Under the pieces are notes generated by a model that made no database searches, had not been told where the DNA came from, and saw nothing but the letters and a program-made list of their open reading frames with translations. From Candidatus Aenigmatarchaeota archaeon (lineage in GTDB: Archaea; Aenigmatarchaeota; Aenigmatarchaeia; CG10238-14; SpSt-28), in contig JAVVFY010000003.1 in assembly GCA_032249395.1 (NCBI GenBank), positions 40,738-104,737 of the forward strand: a stretch of 64,000 nt of DNA. The letters run 5' to 3'. Position numbers and translations under genes: made by a program. Below are positions 20,374 through 28,412 of the stretch, piece by piece; the stretch's first letter is position 1; each line of letters begins with the position of its first letter.

Positions 20374-20792
20374 TTTATATCCCTTAATACGCAATCTATT
20401 GGCATATCTATCATAATTTTACACAAAAGATCTATTGTTTGATTTAAAGTGGGGTTTTTTATTTCTCTAGAACCTTTTAAGCTCTCTATTTTTAAATAGT
20501 CTTCATTAGATTGATTTTCTACTAGATATACTTTATAGTTTATTGTTAAGTTATCTAGATAAGACCTTATTTCACTATTTGGAGAAGTGTAGTTTAAATA
20601 AATTATAGTATAGCCTTGAGATATTGCCAAAATTCTTTGGTTTTCACTGAGAAAAGAAATTTTCCTTTCCTTAGGTAGTTCTTGATCTTTATTAGTTGGG
20701 GTATAATATCCTTGTATAAATGCATATGCAAAGCTAGATAGAACCATCACAAATATAAGTAAATATCCTATTGTTTTCTTATCAACTTTCAT
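20370..20792 (-). CDS. Hypothetical membrane-anchored protein
   Basis: N-terminal TM helix, C-terminal CxxxxxxPxxC; coupled to endA. Confidence 0.7.
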   Translation of the reverse strand: MKVDKKTIGYLLIFVMVLSSFAYAFIQGYYTPTNKDQELPKERKISFLSENQRILAISQGYTIIYLNYTSPNSEIRSYLDNLTINYKVYLVENQSNEDYLKIESLKGSREIKNPTLNQTIDLLCKIMIDMPIDCVLRDIK

Positions 20793-20841
20793 AAAAGACT
20801 CTTTTTCAACAAAATTAAAAATTATAACTTCATCAATTTAT

Positions 20842-21783
20842 ATGGTATTAGAAAGTTTAGTTTCTATAAAAGAAGGAATAAGAAATCCTTGGAAAGTCTT
20901 CTACCTTTCTTCAGTAGTTTCTTTAGTTTCTTTTGTAATTTCTTTCATCATATTCAAGCAAGATGTTGGGTTATATGCAGTAATACTAACTACATTGGGA
21001 TTAACTCCATTCATGACAAAGCTAAATATTTATGAAGCAAAGAAAAGTGAAGTCAAAAGAAGTATGGACATTGAAAATATGCTGTTTTACTACGCAAAAG
21101 ATAAGGGTTCTATATTAAAATTAGCTATAATATCATTCTTACCATTTTTAATAGCAGCCTTTATTCTAAATAATCTACAAAGCTTAATAATTTTGATATC
21201 TCTATACATTGGAATTTTCTTAATTTTTTCTCTAATTTTCTTCTCAATTTACAAAGAGATTATAATTTCTTTTGTTGCAATTTTTGCTGGAATGGTTTTG
21301 ACTTTTTCAATTCTTTACTTGCTATTGCCAGCGGAAATTGCAGAAAAAACTTTTAAAACACAAATAGAAGAAATAAAGGCAATAAGAGGTTATTTTTCGT
21401 TTGGAGGAACCTTTCAGACAATATTCATTAACAACGTGGGTGTTTTATTTTTATCTTTTGTTTTTTCTTTCGTTTATGGATCTGGTGCAATACTAATACT
21501 TGCTTGGAATGCATCCATACTTGCGACAGCAGCAAGTATGATGACTAAAAGCTTAGGAGGAAGTTACACGCTCCCTATAGCTTTAGCATCATATTTACCG
21601 CATGGCAGTCTAGAAATTGTTGCCTATTTTCTTGCTGCTATGGCTGGAGGAATTATTTCTTATCACTTAATGAAAGAGAAGGGAATAAAAACAGTTTTAG
21701 AAGATTGTTTATTCTTGCTTTCTCTTGGAGTTTTGTTCGTATTGTTAGGAGCTATAGTAGAAACGGCTGCAATTTTAGGTTAG
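20842..21783 (+). CDS. SpoIIM/DUF95-like integral membrane protein
   Basis: IFINN, WNA, LPHGSLEI motifs; multiple TM helices. Confidence 0.8.
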   Translation: MVLESLVSIKEGIRNPWKVFYLSSVVSLVSFVISFIIFKQDVGLYAVILTTLGLTPFMTKLNIYEAKKSEVKRSMDIENMLFYYAKDKGSILKLAIISFLPFLIAAFILNNLQSLIILISLYIGIFLIFSLIFFSIYKEIIISFVAIFAGMVLTFSILYLLLPAEIAEKTFKTQIEEIKAIRGYFSFGGTFQTIFINNVGVLFLSFVFSFVYGSGAILILAWNASILATAASMMTKSLGGSYTLPIALASYLPHGSLEIVAYFLAAMAGGIISYHLMKEKGIKTVLEDCLFLLSLGVLFVLLGAIVETAAILG

Positions 21784-24596
21784 ATTGAAAAATAAATAGC
21801 CGGCTTGAAAGGTTCTGCTTTTTTTGCTTTTTCTAATCCACTCCTTTCTTCAAAAGTAATTATTATCTTTGCTCCAGCCTCTTTCTCCAAAATTTCCCTT
21901 GCCTCTTCTAAAAGCTTAACTTCTTCTTTCCTTGATAGAATTTTTAATGATTCCCTTTCTCTTTCAATCTTCTTATAGAACTTCGCAACCATTTCTTTTT
22001 CTTCTGGCCCAAAATTTTCTAGTAAGCTCTTTAATTCAACCTTTTCTCCTCTCACGATTTTTCTAACCAAATCAAATTTCCATTTGGCAGCAATTATTAT
22101 ATCTACTTCTTTTGGAGCTCCTCCAGCCAATTTCTTTACTTGCTTTATGTCTTCTATTAAAGATTTTATGTATTCTTCACCTAAAATTGCTTTCTCATCA
22201 ACTCTTTTAAACCTTGGTAAACCTTCTTGAAATACAAACTTCTTTCCACCGAGCATTCTCCAAAACTCCTCAGACAAATGTGGAATTAGAGGAGAAACCA
22301 ATATTACAAATTTCTTTAAAACATCTTTCATTATCTTTCCGTTACCGTTTTTAATATCCCCTACCCTTTTAAAATACCACTCTAAATCGTTTAAAAATTC
22401 GAAAAATAAAAGTTGAGTAGACGTTCTAAACTTAAGATTTTCGTAGGCGTTTATAACGTCTTTACCTATTTTATTTATTTTGGCCAACAAAAATCTATCA
22501 ACATTTCTATTTTTCTTAGATTTCATTCTTTTCAACGACTTAATGAGAGAAAATAAAAAATTCAGCCTCTCTAAAAATACCTTAACATTTTCTCCTCTCC
22601 AATCAGCGTCGCTTAATCCTTCAGCTGAAGAGATTATATTTATTCTTGTTAAATCGCTCCCGAATTCCTCTAACAAACGAAATAGAGGAATTATGTTTCC
22701 TTTGCTTTTGCTCATTTTTTCTCCCGCAATATTAACAAAACCATTTACAGCTATTGCTTTAGGCCAATATTTTTTATTCCAAATTGCAGTATGATGAAAA
22801 AGATAAAATGTTAAATGATTCTGAACTAAATCTTTTGCGGATGACCTTAAATCTACAGGATAAAAGTATTCAAACTCTTCCCTCATCTTTTTCAAAAGAC
22901 TTTCTTTAATTCCATATCTCTTAGCTATTTTATTACAATTACCTTTTCCTAAGAATATGAAATCGAAGACTTCGTCACTCAATTTATCTGCTGGTATATT
23001 TTTCAAATGATGGAAAATTGTATAGAAAGCCATGTATATGGTTGAATCGCTTAAAGTTTCAATAATCCATTCTTTATCCCATGGTAACTTTGTTCCTAAT
23101 CCTGTTTTTCGGGCGCAAGCTTTGTTTTCTAACCAATCAACAGTATTTATAAATTGTTGTCTTATTTCTTCTGGATAAAACTTCATCATATTTATGCATT
23201 CTTTAACTTTTTTCTTCCATTCCTCATCAGAAAATTTTAAGAACCATTGATTCTCTAGTATCTTTACGTGACATCTTGTATTACATCTACAAACCACTAA
23301 ACCTGTGGTTTCCCAAATAAAATCTAAAGCATTAATCGCTTTTAATAATTCAACGGTTTTCTCTTTTGCTTCTCTAACTGGTAAGTCTTTAAATTTGTCT
23401 ACAATCATCTTTCCTTTGTGAAACTCTCTCTTGTAAACTTCTTGAGTAGCCAATTCTAATTTTTCGAATTGCTCTTGATTTTCTATATTATAAGCTTTAC
23501 AAGCTTCTTCGGCCGGAATACCCTTGTAATCTTCCAGTTCTATTATCTTCTTTGGTTTAATTTTCTCTATGTTTAATTCTTTTCCAATTTCACTCTTTTT
23601 CAAATCTTCTAAAGCAATAAAATCGTAAGGAGCATGAGCAGGCACAGACATAACAATCCCTGTACCAAATTCTAAATCTATAAATTTCGCAGGCAATATT
23701 GGTACTTTCTCTCTTGTTACAGGATTTTCTGTTAGTTTACCAACCAAAGAGCTTGAGTTTATTTTTTCTAATTCTTCAACGCTTCTTAACTGATCTCTTA
23801 ATTTTTCTACAGTCTTTTTGCTAACTATCCACTTTTCTCCATTTACTTTTGCTAATACATATTCTTCATTAGGTTTAATCCAAATGTTTGTAACACCGAA
23901 AATAGTTTCTGGTCTTAAAGTAGCACATGGTAAAATTTCCCCGCTATCTAGCCTGAATTTTATTACGTAAAACTGAATCGGACTTTCCCCTTCTCCTTTC
24001 AACCTATCATGATCCCCAGTTGGGCTTTGGCAATGTGGGCACCATATTACCGGATGAGTTCCTTGAACAACATAGCCTTTCTTTCTTAAAGTATTATATT
24101 GCCATTCAATGAATTTGTTGTAATGAGGAGTAATAGCAGTTATGAATGTTCTTCTCCAATCTATACTCATTCCGCATCTTCTCAAGTCTTCTATCCATCT
24201 ATTCATCCAGTATTTAGCAACAAATTCTGGTCCTTTCTCAACAAAATTTTTTATATCTTCGTCGCTTGCCCCAAAAAGTTTAAAAGTTTCTATTTGCGTT
24301 TCGTCATTTTGTTTAATTCTCTCTATAACACCCAATATAGGCTCTCCTGTGGCATGAAAGCCTTGAGGAAAAAGAACGTTAAAGCCTTGTAGTCTTTTGA
24401 ATCTTGCAAAAGAATCAGCCCTAAAAAAAGAAAATGTATGACCAATATGAGGTGCCCCATTTACGTAGGGATATGGAAATGTTACGAAAAACTTTTTTCT
24501 TTTATTATCAACATTTGCTTCGAAAACTTTTGTTTTTTCCCATTTTTTTTGCCATTTCTCTTCTATTTTTTTGATTTCTTCAAAAGTCAAATTCAT
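21780..24596 (-). CDS. leuS: Leucyl-tRNA synthetase
   Basis: PYPYVNGAPHIGH, TLRPET, KDLVQNHL, KMSKS. Confidence 0.97.
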   Translation of the reverse strand: MNLTFEEIKKIEEKWQKKWEKTKVFEANVDNKRKKFFVTFPYPYVNGAPHIGHTFSFFRADSFARFKRLQGFNVLFPQGFHATGEPILGVIERIKQNDETQIETFKLFGASDEDIKNFVEKGPEFVAKYWMNRWIEDLRRCGMSIDWRRTFITAITPHYNKFIEWQYNTLRKKGYVVQGTHPVIWCPHCQSPTGDHDRLKGEGESPIQFYVIKFRLDSGEILPCATLRPETIFGVTNIWIKPNEEYVLAKVNGEKWIVSKKTVEKLRDQLRSVEELEKINSSSLVGKLTENPVTREKVPILPAKFIDLEFGTGIVMSVPAHAPYDFIALEDLKKSEIGKELNIEKIKPKKIIELEDYKGIPAEEACKAYNIENQEQFEKLELATQEVYKREFHKGKMIVDKFKDLPVREAKEKTVELLKAINALDFIWETTGLVVCRCNTRCHVKILENQWFLKFSDEEWKKKVKECINMMKFYPEEIRQQFINTVDWLENKACARKTGLGTKLPWDKEWIIETLSDSTIYMAFYTIFHHLKNIPADKLSDEVFDFIFLGKGNCNKIAKRYGIKESLLKKMREEFEYFYPVDLRSSAKDLVQNHLTFYLFHHTAIWNKKYWPKAIAVNGFVNIAGEKMSKSKGNIIPLFRLLEEFGSDLTRINIISSAEGLSDADWRGENVKVFLERLNFLFSLIKSLKRMKSKKNRNVDRFLLAKINKIGKDVINAYENLKFRTSTQLLFFEFLNDLEWYFKRVGDIKNGNGKIMKDVLKKFVILVSPLIPHLSEEFWRMLGGKKFVFQEGLPRFKRVDEKAILGEEYIKSLIEDIKQVKKLAGGAPKEVDIIIAAKWKFDLVRKIVRGEKVELKSLLENFGPEEKEMVAKFYKKIERERESLKILSRKEEVKLLEEAREILEKEAGAKIIITFEERSGLEKAKKAEPFKPAIYFSI

Positions 24597-24748
24597 TAGA
24601 TAAATTTTAATTGCAAGTTTAAAACTTTATTTCCTACTTTCTATTCGGAAATAGATCTTCAAAAATTTATTAATTTTGAAAGTAAGATTAAAAAAGATAA
24701 AACTAGAAAATATCTAAATGTTTTCTGATGCCGCTCTATCCAACTTGA

Positions 24749-24860
24749 GCCCCCGTAAATTGGGGAAAGCTCAGCTTGGATAGAGCGGCACCCTTCTATC
24801 GAGAAGGTTTGACAAAAGGATGAAAGGTGACGGTCGCGGGTTCAAATCCCGCCGGGGGCG
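24749..24860 (+). tRNA. tRNA-Arg(UCU) with two introns: 8/9 (24757-24767, 11 nt) and 37/38 (about 24799-24824, 26 nt)
   Basis: Acceptor GCCCCCG/CGGGGGC-G; D-arm GCTC-AGCTTGGATA-GAGC with Arg-type A20; GCACC-CT-TCT-A..A-GGTGA (27:43 mismatch); T-arm GCGGG-TTCAAAT-CCCGC. Confidence 0.85.
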
Positions 24861-25011
24861 CTCCTGGAAAACGTTCATCGCCCAACCACCTCATTTAAAT
24901 AACCTTCACTCATTTTCGCCTATGAGAGTTGAAGAAGAAAAATTCAAGAAAATTGTTGAGAAAAGGCTAGAGAAAATAAACAATGATTCAAGCATAAATC
25001 AAAATATTTGG

Positions 25012-25437
25012 TTAATATTCATTATCTTTACTCATTTCTTCTAATTCTTCATCTAAAATTTTTAAAAGTTCTTGTAGGTTCATGTCTTTCCTAAGTTTAC
25101 TATACTTCGATAATGATAATGCCTCTTTCATACTAATTAATGAGCTTAACTCGCGAATCTGTCTATCCAGATTGGACATTAAAATAACTTCTTTAAAACC
25201 TTCTGATAATTCTTCACTTAAAGGGAAGCGTTCTCGAAATTTCTCGTATACAAGGGGAGGAAAATTATAATTATAATTTTCACGAAGATACTTATAAGCT
25301 CCATTCTCACTGTAGGCTATTGAGAAAACGTCCTTAAGAGTAATATAGGGTATCTTCCAATATTCTATTAAATCTTTTATAATAGAGATTGCTCTAGTTG
25401 TATATAATTCCATAAGAAACTTTTTAAATTCGTCCAT
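25012..25437 (-). CDS. Hypothetical protein
   Basis: 141-aa ORF with ATG start; no recognised motif. Confidence 0.55.
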   Translation of the reverse strand: MDEFKKFLMELYTTRAISIIKDLIEYWKIPYITLKDVFSIAYSENGAYKYLRENYNYNFPPLVYEKFRERFPLSEELSEGFKEVILMSNLDRQIRELSSLISMKEALSLSKYSKLRKDMNLQELLKILDEELEEMSKDNEY

Positions 25438-25647
25438 ATCTATTATTATTTTATTATTTTATAATGTTATTTAAATTAGTAACACTAACATAAAGCAACA
25501 CTATTCTGTCTATAAGGATAAAAGCTGGGGTCACTTTTCCAATTTCATAATACTAACTTTTATCCTCTAAATTTTAGTATCTTTGGAATTTGTTGCAACT
25601 TAACAAAAATTCTATATTTTAAATACTTTTCCAATCCAACTGCTATT

Positions 25648-25902
25648 GTGGTAGAGAAAATATTAATAGGAGAACTCACTCATTACTACCAAAAAATTGG
25701 AGTTGCAGTAGTTGAGTTTCAAGAAAGACTTTCCAAAGGAGATAGAATAGAAATGGAAGGGAAAAACAACAAAATTGACGCAGACAGCAACCTCAATGCA
25801 ACTAAATTATGTTGATATAGATGTTGCAGAAGAGGTCAATCAATAGGACTGAAAGTAGCGGAAAGAGTGGGGGCTAAAGTTTACAAAATTGTAGAATGGT
25901 AA
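25648..25902 (+). pseudogene. Frameshifted small EF-Tu domain II-like / U32 C-terminal-like beta-barrel protein
   Basis: IGELTHYYQKIGVAVVEF...GDRIEMEGK | TTKLTQTATSMQL...VAE | GQSIGLKVAERV..KVYK is recoverable only across two frameshifts. Confidence 0.65.
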
Positions 25903-26024
25903 AGCTAAAAAACGAATAGTAAAGTTTTTAAATACTCTATACAATAAATATAATGCAAACGGCCCCAAGAAAGTGTACATTTAATTCTAAAATTTTAAAT
26001 ATTGATTACTTGGGGCCATAAGGG

Positions 26025-26470
26025 ATGATCCTAAAAAACTTCCAACGAGTGGGGACCTAAACGAAGTAGATGTTTGCGATTTATGTGGTAATGAAACAGA
26101 AGATTATTCAATCGTAGATGGGTTAGTTGTCTGTGAAAGCTGTAAAGAAAACTTCGAAATGAAAGTAGAAGAAGAGTATACTTCAGATATTTGTGCTTTA
26201 TGTGGGTGGCCTATAAATAAACCAATAACAAAAAAAGAGGCAGCAAAACTTATTAGTGGTATTATTGATTGGTTAAATAACAATAAGAGTCTTACAAAAA
26301 ATTTAGAGAAAAAAATAGAAAAATTTGGTAAAGGAGAATTGTACATTTGTAGATACGATTTCTTCTACCTAATTAAAGACATTATCGAATGCGAAAATGA
26401 AGAAATAGCCAAGAAGTTTGAGAACGAACTAGCTTCAAAGTACGAGTTCTACGGAGGAATAATAAGTTAA
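26025..26470 (+). CDS. Double zinc-ribbon hypothetical protein; the track ORF (26159-26470) has an in-frame upstream CDLC...CESC domain that lacks an in-frame start
   Basis: Frame open from 26006 with no ATG/GTG/TTG until 26159; ATG at 26025 is out of frame and joined by A-AAA-AAC at 26033-26039. Confidence 0.6.
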
Positions 26471-26503
26471 TATTTCTAACAAACTAACAAAAAATTATCT
26501 AAT

Positions 26504-26577
26504 GCCCTGGTAGCTCAGCATGGTAGAGCACCTCACTGGTAATGAGGGGGTCGCGGGTTCGAATCCCGCCCAGGGCT
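26504..26577 (+). tRNA. tRNA-Thr(GGU)
   Basis: GCCCTGG/CCAGGGC-T; CCTCA-CT-GGT-AA-TGAGG. Confidence 0.95.
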
Positions 26578-26676
26578 TTTAAATATTTTTTAAGACTATA
26601 GCTATTTTGAAAAACTTAAAAGCTCGAAAGGCTTAAAAATAAATGTGTGGAAATTATATAACATCGAGGTGTCATT

Positions 26677-26922
26677 GTGAAGAAAGAAATAGATGTTTCT
26701 AAGCATGAATTAGTACCAAAACACGAAATAGTTAGCGAAAAGGAAAAAGAAGAACTAATAAAGAAGTATGGAAGTATAAAGAATTTTCCTAGAATTTTGT
26801 CGACAGATCCTCAAGTAAAATTATTAAATGCAAAACCAGGAGATGTTATAAAAATAAGAAGGTATAATGATGTAACGGGAGAATCAATATACTATAGAGT
26901 AGTTGTAGAGGTGAAAGAATAA
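26677..26922 (+). CDS. rpoH: RNA polymerase subunit H (Rpo5)
   Basis: HELVPKHEI, PRILSTDP, GDVIKIRR, YYRVV; GAGGTG SD before GTG. Confidence 0.96.
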   Translation: MKKEIDVSKHELVPKHEIVSEKEKEELIKKYGSIKNFPRILSTDPQVKLLNAKPGDVIKIRRYNDVTGESIYYRVVVEVKE

Positions 26923-28412
26923 TGGAAAATGTTTTCACAATTCTAATGAAGTCCTATCTTAGAGAAAAAGGACTAGTAAATTTTCAAATAGAGTCCTTTA
27001 ATGAGTTCGTCGAAAAAAGGCTACCAAAATTAATAAAGAGTATTGGAAAAATAAAGCCAGAACTTCCTGAAATTGGGGAGTTAGAAATAAAGCTTGGTAA
27101 ATTTGAGCTTGGGGAGCCAAGAGTTAAAGAAGCTGATGGCTCTATAAGAAAGATATATCCAATGGAAGCGAGAATAAGGAATTTGACATATTCAGCACCA
27201 ATGTACGTTGAAATGACCCAAGTATTAAATGGAATAGAAAGTAAACCAACAATGGTTGAAATAGGCGATCTACCAATAATGGTGAAATCTAAATTTTGCC
27301 CTTTATCGAGAATGAGTAGAAAAGAGCTTATAGAAATAGGAGAAGATCCTGATGATCCAGGAGGATATTTTATCATAAATGGTACGGAAAGAATTCTAAT
27401 GCTTGTAGAAGAAATAGCAACTGACAGAATTATAGTAGAAAAAACTAAAGATTCTTCTGTTCCACAAATAGCAAGAATACATTCTGAAAGGGAAGGATTT
27501 GTACAAAAACACTTAATAGAAAGAAAAAGAACTGGAGAAATTTATATAACATTTGCTAACATTCGTAGGATTCCTATAGTAATAATACTAAAGGCTTTAG
27601 GATTAGAAAAGGACAAAGAAATCTTAGAAGCCATATCTTTAGATGAAAGAATTCAAGAGTCATTTTTAATTAACATTTTAGAATTTCCGATAAAAAATGG
27701 AGAAGAGGCTATAGATGAATTGGGTAAATACCTTAGGATTCCTCAAAAATCTATGAGAAAAAAACAAGCAATAAGAATGATAGATAAGTATTTGCTACCT
27801 CATATTGGACAGGAGCCGGAAAATAGACTAGCCAAAGCTATGTTTATAGCCAAAGCTATAGAAAAAATTTTAAAACTTCACTTGGGCGAAATAGAAGAAG
27901 ATGATGTAGATCACTATGCAAATAAGAGAATTAAAATGGCTGGAGACTTGTTGGAATTGCTCTTAAGGTCTATACTTTTGGGAAAATGGGGATTAATAGT
28001 TAGAATGAACTACAATTATCAAAAACTTGTAAAAAGAGGAAAATTGCCTCCCTTGCAAGCTGTAGTAGAAAACGCAATATTAACTAACCAAATAGTTTCA
28101 GCTATGGCCGTTGGAAGTTGGATAGGTGGAAGAACTGGGGTAACTCAGAGGCTTGAAAGAAGTAGTTGGAACAAAACTATAACTCATATGAGAAATATTG
28201 TCTCACCACTTTCTTCTACCCAAGAACATTTCGAAGCAAGAGAACTTCACCCTACTCATTTTGGTAAACTATGCGTAACTCAAACGCCAGAAGGAGCAAA
28301 TATTGGTTTGAGAAAGTATCTTGCTATTAGTGCGACGATAACTCCTAAGATAGACAAAAAAGATATAACTCCAATACTAGAGTTACTAGATTCTGTAAAG
28401 GTGAAAAAATGA
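26922..28412 (+). CDS. rpoB2: RNA polymerase subunit B'' (Rpo2N)
   Basis: EARIRNLTYSAP, DPGGYFIINGTE, ARELHPTHFG, TPEG. Confidence 0.95.
   Translation: MENVFTILMKSYLREKGLVNFQIESFNEFVEKRLPKLIKSIGKIKPELPEIGELEIKLGKFELGEPRVKEADGSIRKIYPMEARIRNLTYSAPMYVEMTQVLNGIESKPTMVEIGDLPIMVKSKFCPLSRMSRKELIEIGEDPDDPGGYFIINGTERILMLVEEIATDRIIVEKTKDSSVPQIARIHSEREGFVQKHLIERKRTGEIYITFANIRRIPIVIILKALGLEKDKEILEAISLDERIQESFLINILEFPIKNGEEAIDELGKYLRIPQKSMRKKQAIRMIDKYLLPHIGQEPENRLAKAMFIAKAIEKILKLHLGEIEEDDVDHYANKRIKMAGDLLELLLRSILLGKWGLIVRMNYNYQKLVKRGKLPPLQAVVENAILTNQIVSAMAVGSWIGGRTGVTQRLERSSWNKTITHMRNIVSPLSSTQEHFEARELHPTHFGKLCVTQTPEGANIGLRKYLAISATITPKIDKKDITPILELLDSVKVKK

Noticed and set aside
24793..24825. Reading the intron-containing tRNA as Ser(UGA) or an opal suppressor (UCA)
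   Set aside because: No long variable arm; Arg identity elements and the canonical 37/38 position favour UCU
24820..25044. 74-aa ORF
   Set aside because: Its start lies inside the tRNA-Arg intron and 3' exon
25953..26021. BHB-type mRNA intron in the hairpin joining ATG 25953 to the zinc-ribbon frame
   Set aside because: Could not build a correctly oriented 3-4-3 BHB
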